Shown here: positions 1-8,889 of the stretch, piece by piece | How positions within the stretch are numbered: position 1 is the first letter of the stretch | How the letters are laid out: the number at the start of each line of letters is the position of its first letter | DNA from: an uncultured Lentisphaerota bacterium | Lineage (GTDB): Bacteria > Verrucomicrobiota > Kiritimatiellia > CAIQIC01 | NCBI GenBank assembly: GCA_903896925.1 | Contig: CAITZM010000134.1 | Span: 33,765 to 97,764, forward strand | DNA: 64,000 nt | Direction of reading: 5' to 3' | Position numbers and translations under genes: made by a program | Notes under the pieces: generated by a model | Seen by the model: the letters and a program-made list of their open reading frames with translations, nothing else | Databases searched by the model: none | What the model was told of the DNA's origin: nothing

Positions 1-3000
1 ATAATTCGGTTCCCGCCGTTCGCGCCGCGCGGCCTCCTCCTCTTCCTGGATGGCCTGGCGGGCGGGCTCGTTGATCATGCCGTCGCCCATCTGCTTCATC
101 GTGTCGTAGGTGCCCTTGCCCATGGCCTTGGTCACCGTAAGCGCGGTGTCCAGCTTGGAGTCCGGTGTGCCCGCGCGAACTTTCTCCTGCGCCGCTTGGT
201 TGAGGGCGTCATAATAATTGTTGCGCCACGGCTGGAACCCGCTGGCCTTGTCCACCACGTCCAGCATCTCGTCGCCGCGCAGGTGGCTCCGGCCTTGGTC
301 GGCAGCCTCGCCTTGTTTTTCCACCGTCGCCTGTGCGGCGGCCCCGGCCATGGCGAGGATGCCCAGCTTGTCGAAAGCGCCCCGGATGGGTTCGGCAACG
401 GGTTTGACAAACGAGGACCGGCCGCCATCGAGCAGCGAGGACGGCTTTTTGATGGTGCCATCCGGCAGTTCGATGTTGGCGCCGTTGCCCGTGGGCTTGG
501 TCATGACGTCGAAACGCGTGCCGCGTTCCGTCCCGATCTCGCCCTTTTCCGATCGGGCCATATCCCGGACGCGATCGCGCGACGCCTGAATATCGTCGGA
601 ACTCGCCCGATTCTGGCGCTTGACCTCGTCATCGCTCGTGAACGGCCGCTGGCGGGTCTGGGCGTCCAACGCATCCTTGAAATTCGCGCGCACCGCGTCC
701 CGCACTTCGGCCTTGGAGCCGCTCCAGTCGGAACCCCTGGCGTTCAAGCCCTCTTGCAACGCGATGTCCTCCGCCTTGGCGCGGGCATTGGAGGAGTTCA
801 CGCGGTTGTCACTGGGCGTTTTGTTGAGGGGGCCGCTGACCTTGGTCTTTACCGGAGTGGCGTCTTGCGCCAGCTGCATGGCCTTGTCCATTTCCAGCTT
901 CATCTTGTTGCGCAGGTCGGCCAGATCGTTGCCGGCCGTCCGGGCCTCGGACCCATATTTCACCACCCCTGCTTCGTCAGGTCCGCGATAGCCCTGTAAA
1001 TCCTTGAGCTTCCTGTAAAGCTCCGGATTTTGCTTGTCCAGACCCATGCGCTCACCCGCTTTGGAAACCGCCTTGGCCATTTCCTTGAGGTCGCCATCGG
1101 CCTGGCCGTACAGGAATTTCTTTTGATCATCCAAGACCCAGCCGGTGTCGTTCTTGATCGCATCTTTCACGCCGGTTCCGGCCTTGCCGCCTTCCGTCGC
1201 GAACGCATCCCGGTCGCCCACCTTGTTGCGTTCGGTCAACGCCCTGTCCGGCCGCCAGACCGTCATGTTGTCGGTGTTGTTCACGACCTTGTGAGGAAAG
1301 TCCTGCACATCTTTGCCGGCGGCCTTCCAATCTTTCATTTGCTCGTAAGCGACCTTGTCGCTGGCTGCGGTCACGTCCACATCGCCTTTGACATTGGTGG
1401 GGTTTTTCTTGCCGCCGGTGTTGTACAAATCCTTGGCGTTGCCGGAGGCTTTCAAATCCCGGATGCGATTGTCCTGCGCCGCATATTTTTCCCGGATCTG
1501 ATCGGCCATGGCGCGATGATAATTCTGGAGCTGTTCGGCGGCCCGCGGATCGGATGTGAGCTGCGGATTGTTCCTGGCGAGGTCGTTCATGCGGGTGGAG
1601 AGTGCCTCCAGTTCGGCCTGCTGGCGCCGGATCAATTCCTTGTTCGGGAGTTGCGGCGACCCGCCCGCCGCCACGCCTTGGCCCTGTGCGGGCGCTTGGG
1701 CCGACGAGGCCAGGGGGCGGCCATAGCGATCCACCAGTTGTCCTTGTGCGCCCGCCGTTGCCGCTTCGCCTTGCGAGGAAAGCGGACGACCGGAACGATC
1801 CACCAGTTGCTTACCCGGCTGCACCACCGGTTTGCCGTCGAACGCGATCGGCGTGCCCGTGCCGTCGTAGAAGGGCGGTTTGCCTGCCACAGCCGCTGGC
1901 GCGGGCGGTTGCATGCCTTTCAGCAGATCGATTTTGGGCTGCTTGGAGTTCAGCAGGGCCGTGCCCGATCTGTCCGGCAGTGCGATTGCTTTTTCGCGGA
2001 CCGGCACGATCTGGTCGTGACTGGTCAAGGCCGTGCCGTCGGGCGTCACATAGATCGTATCGGGCGTTCGCGGCAGCGACGTGTTGCCCCGCGGGGCAGC
2101 CGCCCTGCCGGGGGGTGGCGTGCTGCCTTGGACTACCAACGACCGCTCCGGCGGCAGCGTGCCCGGTTCATAGGCGCGGGTCACCGGCACCAAGGCTTTT
2201 TCAAGAGGGATGCCGGATGGCCGCCCGGGAGCGGCGGATGACGCCGTCGGCTGGTGGGGACCGCCCGGCGGTGGCGGCGGCGCGCCTCCGGCCGCCACGG
2301 CCGCTGGCTGGGCCGTCGGCAGACCCGCGTTCACCGCGCCTGCCGAGCCTGACAAGCTCAGGCGACCGGGGCCTCCGCGTTCCACCGTCTCCAGGCCCGC
2401 CCGCGCGACCGTGCCGCGCTCGCCGGTCTGGGCAGAAGTGGTGGCGGCTGGCGTTTGCGACCGGCCCATCCTCTTGTTGTAAGCGTCCTTGATTTCCTTC
2501 ACCCGTTCCGGCGTCGGATCAACGATGACCTCCTTCACGGGCTGGCGGTTGGCATCGAGTGCGATCTGGCCGCTATCGTTTCGGATATAGCGCCAGCTGT
2601 GCATATCGTCCACGCGCCCGTGCGTCGGCTGGCCCTCCAGTTTTCCCACGATGTGCGCCGTGGAGTCGGCGGCCGGATTACCCTCGGTGACACCGCCGGT
2701 CGCACCGGTCTGCCGGTTCAGCCCGAAGGCCGCGTTGATGGGTTCGCCAAATTCATTTTGCACGTTCCGCAACTGGCTGCTGGTGTTGTCGGCGGTTTTC
2801 TTGTTGGCGGCCAGCTGAGCCTGTCGGTTCACCTGCGCCTGTTCGTAATGCTGTTTTTGGCTCTCGATGTTGCGCAGCGCGGCCGTCTCTTCCGCCGGGC
2901 TCAAGCCCAGGTGGCCGGCCTGGATCCGTTCGGCGTAGGCGTCCAGTTTTTTCGCCGCCACGTCCGGCGGCATATAGGCGTCCACCACTTCGGCCTTCAG

Positions 3001-3528
3001 CGCGTTGCCGTCCCGCGCCATCGCGCGCGCCTGGTTCTGCGCGTAGGCCGCCTGTTCCTCCTGCCCCAGCGTTTGCAGGTGCTGGCGCAGTTTCTGCGTG
3101 GACTCCGGCGTCGGCTCCGGCTGGAACGCCCAGCGTTCCTTCGAGTGCCGCTCCCGCAGGGCGGTTTTCTCCTTGCGGAACTCCTGCAACAGATCCTTGT
3201 AGGTCTGCGCGTTCGCGTCCAGCTTGCTCGTAAGCTGCTGATATTTCCGCTGGAGCTGTTGCTCCTCCACCTGGTGCCGCTTGAGCAGGTCGGCGAGCGA
3301 GGCATCCGCCGCGCGGGCCGCGCCGAGCCACAGCCCCGCGCCCAACAGCAGGGCCGCGGCGATGCGGCCGGCATAAGTTTTCCAGGGGCTGGAAGCCCGG
3401 GGTGCGTGTTCTTCCAAGGATTGGGTCAACTCAGCCTGGCCTCTTCCAGTCCTTGGGGAAAGCGCGGGAACGTTTCCCCGAACTTTGGACAACAACCCCG
3501 CAGTCCTGCGACCACACCACGTGTTCAT
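1..3528 (-). CDS. Giant secreted hypothetical protein (>=1176 aa, runs off the left edge); coiled coil, Pro/Ala-rich linker, putative nucleotidyltransferase-like motif
   Basis: Hand translation gives an open frame from ATG 3528 (GGAG upstream) to position 1; the ORF track misses it because there is no stop in the window. Signal-like stretch RIAAALLLGAGLWLGAARA-AD; motif NTGGKKNPTNVKGDVDV at about 1372-1422. Start position uncertain. Confidence 0.85.
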   Translation of the reverse strand, partial: MNTWCGRRTAGLLSKVRGNVPALSPRTGRGQAELTQSLEEHAPRASSPWKTYAGRIAAALLLGAGLWLGAARAADASLADLLKRHQVEEQQLQRKYQQLTSKLDANAQTYKDLLQEFRKEKTALRERHSKERWAFQPEPTPESTQKLRQHLQTLGQEEQAAYAQNQARAMARDGNALKAEVVDAYMPPDVAAKKLDAYAERIQAGHLGLSPAEETAALRNIESQKQHYEQAQVNRQAQLAANKKTADNTSSQLRNVQNEFGEPINAAFGLNRQTGATGGVTEGNPAADSTAHIVGKLEGQPTHGRVDDMHSWRYIRNDSGQIALDANRQPVKEVIVDPTPERVKEIKDAYNKRMGRSQTPAATTSAQTGERGTVARAGLETVERGGPGRLSLSGSAGAVNAGLPTAQPAAVAAGGAPPPPPGGPHQPTASSAAPGRPSGIPLEKALVPVTRAYEPGTLPPERSLVVQGSTPPPGRAAAPRGNTSLPRTPDTIYVTPDGTALTSHDQIVPVREKAIALPDRSGTALLNSKQPKIDLLKGMQPPAPAAVAGKPPFYDGTGTPIAFDGKPVVQPGKQLVDRSGRPLSSQGEAATAGAQGQLVDRYGRPLASSAQAPAQGQGVAAGGSPQLPNKELIRRQQAELEALSTRMNDLARNNPQLTSDPRAAEQLQNYHRAMADQIREKYAAQDNRIRDLKASGNAKDLYNTGGKKNPTNVKGDVDVTAASDKVAYEQMKDWKAAGKDVQDFPHKVVNNTDNMTVWRPDRALTERNKVGDRDAFATEGGKAGTGVKDAIKNDTGWVLDDQKKFLYGQADGDLKEMAKAVSKAGERMGLDKQNPELYRKLKDLQGYRGPDEAGVVKYGSEARTAGNDLADLRNKMKLEMDKAMQLAQDATPVKTKVSGPLNKTPSDNRVNSSNARAKAEDIALQEGLNARGSDWSGSKAEVRDAVRANFKDALDAQTRQRPFTSDDEVKRQNRASSDDIQASRDRVRDMARSEKGEIGTERGTRFDVMTKPTGNGANIELPDGTIKKPSSLLDGGRSSFVKPVAEPIRGAFDKLGILAMAGAAAQATVEKQGEAADQGRSHLRGDEMLDVVDKASGFQPWRNNYYDALNQAAQEKVRAGTPDSKLDTALTVTKAMGKGTYDTMKQMGDGMINEPARQAIQEEEEAARRERREPNY
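3380..3490. repeat. Array of 4 degenerate TTCCA-N5-TGGAA palindromes, 32-bp period
   Basis: Units start at 3380 (ttccaggggctggaa), 3412 (ttccaaggattgggt), 3444 (ttccagtccttgggg), 3476 (ccccgaactttggac). Confidence 0.75.
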
Positions 3529-3628
3529 GGCAACAACTCCTGCGTTTTAAGCGCTCATTCCGGCTTTATTACCCAATCCTACGACTTGATATTCCGCCCG
3601 CGACCGGCCACTTTCAAGTGACTTTTCT

Positions 3629-4231
3629 TCACAAGCCCTGCCGCTGCCGCAGCGCCTTTTCGATGCGTTCGAAGAGGTCGCGATAGGCCTCCGGCAGCTC
3701 CACTTCCACGGCCTGCTCCGCCGGCGGTGCGTGGATGAGCACGCTGCGGCCGCGCCGGTACCACGTGCCATTCTGTTCCTCATGGTAGGACATCGCCGGC
3801 AAGGTGCCGCGCCGGGTCATCACGATCCGCTGGCGGGTCTGGTTCCCGGCGGCCCACGGCTCGGTGTGGATCACGAGTTCCTGCCAGCGCGCCCACTTCT
3901 TCGTCACGTCCTCGTGCAGCCGCGTGGTTTCCTGCCGCGTTCGCAGGTTCAGCTCGCGCTCGTCCTCCGGGCCCAGCGACTCGTTCTTGCGCGCGGTGGT
4001 GGCGCGGATCAGCCCCGCGGGCTTGTCCACCACCTCCAGCTGCCAGCCGGTATCCTGCAGGACGGCGATGGTCGCGGCAAAAACCAGGTCCGTTTTTCCG
4101 GTGAAGATCAACGTCTGCATGGTTGCCCGATCGGCGGGCGGCAGCACCTTGGGCGCCGGCAGGCGGCTGGGCGGCAACTGGCAACCGGTCGCCCCCAGCG
4201 CCACAACGGCCAGCACAATGAGTTTATTCAT
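3629..4231 (-). CDS. Hypothetical lipoprotein (200 aa)
   Basis: Lipoprotein signal MNKLIVLAVVALGATG-C; 15 bp downstream of the FN3 lipoprotein, same strand. Confidence 0.85.
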   Translation of the reverse strand: MNKLIVLAVVALGATGCQLPPSRLPAPKVLPPADRATMQTLIFTGKTDLVFAATIAVLQDTGWQLEVVDKPAGLIRATTARKNESLGPEDERELNLRTRQETTRLHEDVTKKWARWQELVIHTEPWAAGNQTRQRIVMTRRGTLPAMSYHEEQNGTWYRRGRSVLIHAPPAEQAVEVELPEAYRDLFERIEKALRQRQGL

Positions 4232-4246
4232 GGGACTTGCTCCGGC

Positions 4247-7200
4247 TTACTTTTTCGGTTCGGGCGCCGGCACGGCCGGCGGCGTCAGGTCCAGCGGCGC
4301 GCCCCGCGCGCTCTCCAACTTCTCCGCGTCCACCGCGCTGACCAGCACCCGGAGGCCCTTGCCGACCGCTTCGGCCGTCAGCATGTACGCATTCGTCTCC
4401 ACGGTCGCCAGAGGGTCGGCGCCAAACAAGGTTTTTTTCCAGACCTTGTAAACCTTGATGTCCGGCGAGGGCGAAGCCGCCCACGTCAGCGTGACCTGGT
4501 TTTCCTGCCACTGTGCCACCAGGTTTTGCGGTGCGACCGGCAGCGGCCGCGAGGCCCCCGCAGCCACCTCGCTCCAGACGCTCTCCAGTTCGTCGCGATC
4601 CACCGCCTTGACGCGGTAGCAGCGCGCCTCGCCGTCGCTGAGCCCGTCTTCCACGGCGCTCACCCGCTCGTCGGCCGTGGCGCTGACGCGCGTCACTTCG
4701 CGAAAGCGGCTGGCAGGCGCGGCGGCGGCCTCGAGCACGTAGCAGGCGATATCGCTCTCGGGGTTCGCGCGCCAGGCGAGCCGCACGGCCTTCGGTACGC
4801 CCGCCGTCGCCGCCAGGTCGCGTGGCACGGCCGGCGCGGGCTTCGTGGTGGCCGCCGCCTCGGCCGAGGGTGCGGAGCGCACCTGGGCCGTGTTGAACGC
4901 GACGACCCGATAGCGGTATTCCGCCCGGTCCTGCAACTGGCCGAGCCCCTTGCGTGCGCCGCCCCGGTCCATGAAGGAAACCGTCTCGCGGCCGGCGACG
5001 CTGGCGAGGTTGGTGCAGGCGCTTTCGCCGGGCGCCTGCCGCAGGATGTCGTAGCCGATGACCTTCTCGTCGGGCGAGGCCTCCCACGCCACGGGCACCT
5101 CGCGCGGCCGCGCGCTCTGTGCCTTGACCCCGGTCACCGCCGGCGGCGCGCCGCGGGTCACGGCCTGTGCGCTCTCCGAGTCCGCGCTCTCCGACGCGAC
5201 CGCGTTGACGGCGCGGATCCGGTAGGCGTAGGCGCGCTCGTCGCCGAGGTTGCCGGGGTCACCGCCGCCGTCGAGGAAGCTTGTCTTCGCGCGCCCTTCG
5301 ATGCGCGCGATCTTCTCGAACGCCCGGTCGGGTGCGTCGCGGCGGAAGAGGTCATAGCAGACGACGTCGGCCTCCGGGCTGGGCGACCACGTCAGCGGTA
5401 CGCAGCGCACCTCGGCGTTTTTCGCGGCCAACGTGCGCACGACCGCCGGCGGCGGGCGTGTTGTCACGTCCACCGGAGCGGAGGCCGGCCCGACCGCGCC
5501 GAGCTTGTTGACCGCGGTGATGCGGTAGAGATACTTCGTGCTGTCGCGCAGTTCGGACTGGGGCGTACCACCCTCCTGGAAGACGGGCTCCTTCACCTCT
5601 GCCAGCTTCTTGAACTGCTCCGGGGTGGCGGCCTCGGCGCGTTCCACGATGTACTTCGCCACCCATTCCGCCGCCGAGGGCTTCCACATCAGGCGCACCG
5701 CGCGCGAGGCGCACGCCTCCGCCTCCACGCCCGCGGGCGGCGCGGGTGGCGGCTGCGTCGTCACGGCGACCGGACGGGACGGCGCGCCGACCGAGCCCAC
5801 GCGGTTGATGGCCGTGAGGCGATACAGGTATGGCGTGTTGTCCTGCAGGCCGGTCTTTTCCGTGCCGCCCTCCTCGAAGACAAGGTCTTTGACCTCGCCG
5901 AGCTTGACGAACTTATCCGGCGCGCCGGCCTCGGCGCGCTCGACGATGTATTTCACCACCCCCTCGCTCGGCGAGGCGTCCCACGTCACTTTCAGTTTGC
6001 GGGGCGCGCTCGGCCCGGCCTTGAGCTGGGGTGGCGGCTCTGGCGGTGGAGCGGTCAGCGCCTTCGCCGGCGCGCTGGCGTCGCTCTCGCGGCCGTTTGC
6101 CGCCAGCGCCACGAGCCGGTAGAAATAGGTTTTCGTATCGCCCAGCGGCGCCTGGGCGAGCCCGGTATCGCGATATTCGCCATCCCCGGGCGAAACCTTG
6201 GCCACGATGCCAAAGGGTTCGTCGGCGGCATCGGCGCGCTCGAGCCGGTAGTGCTTCGCATTGTCGTCCGGCTTGTGCCAGCGCAGCACCACTTCGCGCA
6301 GGCCGTTGGTCGTGGCGGTCAGCGCCTGGGGTACCGGCGGCGGCGGCTCGTCGAGTTCCAGCGGCACGCCCGGCAGGCTCTCCAGCCCGTCGGCTTCGAC
6401 CATCGTCAAGGTGACGACCAGTCTTTTCCCGACATCGCCAAAGCGCAGCACGAATTCCGGCTTCGCAGTCTCGGCGAGAGGCTCTTTGCCGCCTTTTTTC
6501 CAGACGCGGTAGGTCGTGACATCCTTCTGTGGCGGGGACCAGGCGAGCTTGATCTCGCCGGGGCTGTACTCCACGGCGACCTTGTCGGGCGCGGGCGGCA
6601 GCGGCTTGGTGTGCGCCGCGACCGGCACGGACCATGGGCCGGGGAGCGCGGTGTCGTTGAGCGCCCTGACGCGATAGCGGTAGGTGAAATCGTCCTTGAG
6701 CGCCCCGAGTCCGGCCGCGTCCTTGGCTGTGCCGCGGTCCGCATAGGCCACCGTGTCGCGTCCGGCCATTTTGATGAATTCCAGGAACGGCCCATCGGCG
6801 CCCTCGCTGCGCTGGATTTCATAGGTCAGCACCGTCACGTCCGGCGTGGCCTGCCACGCCAGCCGGACCTCGCGCGGCAGACTGGAGGCGGCCTGCACAC
6901 CGGCGACTTGCGGCGGCGCACCGCGCGTCTCCGCCTGCAAGGTGACCGCCTGCACACTCGCCACGCCGACCGCATTGATGGCGCGGATCTGATAACGATA
7001 GGCGGTGCCATCGGGGAGCTTTTCGTCCTTCCAGGTCGTCGTGTTGCGCCCTTGCACCGTGGTGAGCGGTGCGAACTTGTCATCCTTGTCCTTTGCGCGG
7101 ACGATGTCGTAGCGCACCACGTCCTCCTCCGGGCTGGCCTTCCACGTCAGCGGCACGCACCGCAGCGCGCCGGCGGCGGCGGCGGCCTGCACCGGCAGCG

Positions 7201-8500
7201 GCGGCGGCCGCGTCGCGACCTGCACCGGCGCGGCGGGCGCACTCTGCGCGCCGACGCGGTTGACCGTTGTCACGCGGTAGGCATAGGTCGCGCCGTCCGC
7301 CGTGGCGGTCGTGTCGCGAAATTCCGCCTTCTCCGCCGTCCCGGCCTTTTCGAACGCCGCCTTCGCGCCCGGCCCGGCGCGTTCCACCAGATAATGGGCG
7401 ATGCCTTCCGCCACGGCAGGCTGCCATACGAGTTGCACCACGCGCGCCGCGGGCGCCGTCACGCGCAGGTTGGTCGGCGGCTCCGGCGGCGGGGCGGTCA
7501 GGCTCTCCTTGACCTGCGACGGCGCACTCTCGACCCGGTCGGACAGGGCCACCACCCGGTAGAAATAGGCCGTGCTGTCCTGCAGCGGTTTCCCGCGTTC
7601 GCCGGTGTCGTGAAACTCGCGTTTCTCCGCGGCGATCGTCCCCAGCGCGGCGAACGGCCCCTTGACCGTGGTCGCGCGCTCGATGCGATAGTCGAGCCCG
7701 CGCTCCTTCGGCACGCCCCAGGTCAGCATGACTTCGCGCAGGCCCAGGTCGGAAACCTTGAAATCCGGCGGCGCGAGCAGCGGCGCGCTGGAGGCCCGGG
7801 CCGGCGCCGGCTCGCCCGCGCGCCCGGTCGGGGCGGGGGTTGGGGCGGAGTTGCGGCCGACGGGCTGTTCTGGTGGCGCCCCGTCGCCCTTGCGCCCCGC
7901 GCCCGCGGCCACCGGCTGCACGTGCCAGTGCGTGTACAGGCCGGCGACGATCTCGTGCGCCACCGCGCGCGCCTGCTCCGGCAGCGTCAGGGCTTTGGAG
8001 TCGGCGCGTTTCGCCAGGTCCGAGCTCCACATCACCTTGCCGCTGGCGCAGTCGATCAGCCGCGCCGTGATGCCGACCACCGGGTAGGGATGCCCGCTCT
8101 GCGCCACCGTCGCGTATTCGTCCACGGTGCCGATCACCACGCCCTCGGCACCCAGCATGTTGCCGACCTCTGCCGCGCGCGCGGCGGACAGGCCCGCCAG
8201 CGAGAGTTCGGATTCGCTGAGCACCTTGGCCATCTGGCCGCGCTCAACGAGTTCGTAACGGCCGGCCCGGAGCATCTCGGTGACGAACAGGTCGGAGATC
8301 GAGGTGCCGATGAGTTCCGTCTGCGCCTTGAACGGCATGATGGCGATCTTCCTGATGGGGGAGGGCACCGGCGCCACGTAGATATTGGCGCGCGACGCCA
8401 CATCGCGGAAATAGGCGTCCTGCTCCGTCGTGGCGCAACCCGCCAGCCAGAGCGCGAGCGCCGCGCCGCACACCACCTGCTCAACTCGTGACTTCATCAT
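4247..8500 (-). CDS. Lipoprotein with N-terminal CsgG/HfaB/LpoB-like domain and 12 fibronectin type III domains (1417 aa)
   Basis: Lipobox LAGC; KIAIMPF...YELVERGQM...LGAEGVVIGTV...ARLIDCASGKVMW is CsgG-like; repeated VxLxW...YxIER...YxYRVxAxN...S blocks; GGAGG RBS. Confidence 0.9.
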   Translation of the reverse strand: MMKSRVEQVVCGAALALWLAGCATTEQDAYFRDVASRANIYVAPVPSPIRKIAIMPFKAQTELIGTSISDLFVTEMLRAGRYELVERGQMAKVLSESELSLAGLSAARAAEVGNMLGAEGVVIGTVDEYATVAQSGHPYPVVGITARLIDCASGKVMWSSDLAKRADSKALTLPEQARAVAHEIVAGLYTHWHVQPVAAGAGRKGDGAPPEQPVGRNSAPTPAPTGRAGEPAPARASSAPLLAPPDFKVSDLGLREVMLTWGVPKERGLDYRIERATTVKGPFAALGTIAAEKREFHDTGERGKPLQDSTAYFYRVVALSDRVESAPSQVKESLTAPPPEPPTNLRVTAPAARVVQLVWQPAVAEGIAHYLVERAGPGAKAAFEKAGTAEKAEFRDTTATADGATYAYRVTTVNRVGAQSAPAAPVQVATRPPPLPVQAAAAAGALRCVPLTWKASPEEDVVRYDIVRAKDKDDKFAPLTTVQGRNTTTWKDEKLPDGTAYRYQIRAINAVGVASVQAVTLQAETRGAPPQVAGVQAASSLPREVRLAWQATPDVTVLTYEIQRSEGADGPFLEFIKMAGRDTVAYADRGTAKDAAGLGALKDDFTYRYRVRALNDTALPGPWSVPVAAHTKPLPPAPDKVAVEYSPGEIKLAWSPPQKDVTTYRVWKKGGKEPLAETAKPEFVLRFGDVGKRLVVTLTMVEADGLESLPGVPLELDEPPPPVPQALTATTNGLREVVLRWHKPDDNAKHYRLERADAADEPFGIVAKVSPGDGEYRDTGLAQAPLGDTKTYFYRLVALAANGRESDASAPAKALTAPPPEPPPQLKAGPSAPRKLKVTWDASPSEGVVKYIVERAEAGAPDKFVKLGEVKDLVFEEGGTEKTGLQDNTPYLYRLTAINRVGSVGAPSRPVAVTTQPPPAPPAGVEAEACASRAVRLMWKPSAAEWVAKYIVERAEAATPEQFKKLAEVKEPVFQEGGTPQSELRDSTKYLYRITAVNKLGAVGPASAPVDVTTRPPPAVVRTLAAKNAEVRCVPLTWSPSPEADVVCYDLFRRDAPDRAFEKIARIEGRAKTSFLDGGGDPGNLGDERAYAYRIRAVNAVASESADSESAQAVTRGAPPAVTGVKAQSARPREVPVAWEASPDEKVIGYDILRQAPGESACTNLASVAGRETVSFMDRGGARKGLGQLQDRAEYRYRVVAFNTAQVRSAPSAEAAATTKPAPAVPRDLAATAGVPKAVRLAWRANPESDIACYVLEAAAAPASRFREVTRVSATADERVSAVEDGLSDGEARCYRVKAVDRDELESVWSEVAAGASRPLPVAPQNLVAQWQENQVTLTWAASPSPDIKVYKVWKKTLFGADPLATVETNAYMLTAEAVGKGLRVLVSAVDAEKLESARGAPLDLTPPAVPAPEPKK

Positions 8501-8889
8501 GCCTCCCGCCTACGGATCAACCTTACAGGCCGAGTTATCATCCGAAACGCCGCGGTCGTAAGCAAGCGCTTTCCGCCGCCCGGGCGCTTTTCTCGGGGTC
8601 CGGCGTGTTGCCCGGTTGCTGCGCCGGCGGGTTTGCGGACAGCGTCCCCGGCTGAGGTCGGGGACCGCCGGTGGTTTCCCGTTGCGTCAAATAGAAACGA
8701 CACCGAAACGGCGCGGACTGCCGGAGCCTGTTGCGTCATAATGATGACACCAAGGGGGATAGCCTCTGGCGAGGAGGGACAGATGGAAGAAGCGTACGCT
8801 TGGCACAGCGGTTTCGGCTTCGCGCCTTTGAAAAAGCTGTTTCTGGAGGGGCAAGGCTGTTAGAGTCCGCGAAAATTCGGAGTCATACA

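Noticed and set aside
3380-3490. Palindrome-spacer arrays as a mini-CRISPR
   Set aside because: Repeats are only 15 bp and degenerate, spacers 16-17 bp, 2-4 units, no cas genes in the window
3731-8491. 1586-aa plus-strand ORF and other long antisense ORFs (e.g. 29051-32764, 50014-53253, 54621-57209, 57271-59931)
   Set aside because: Shadows of real genes in high-GC DNA; R/G/A/H-rich with no motifs
8801-8815. Sigma54 promoter TGGCAC-N5-TTTC
   Set aside because: The -12 element lacks the conserved GC
8783-8863. 26-aa micro-ORF with GGAGG upstream of the SPFH genes
   Set aside because: No recognisable features; cannot be distinguished from chance
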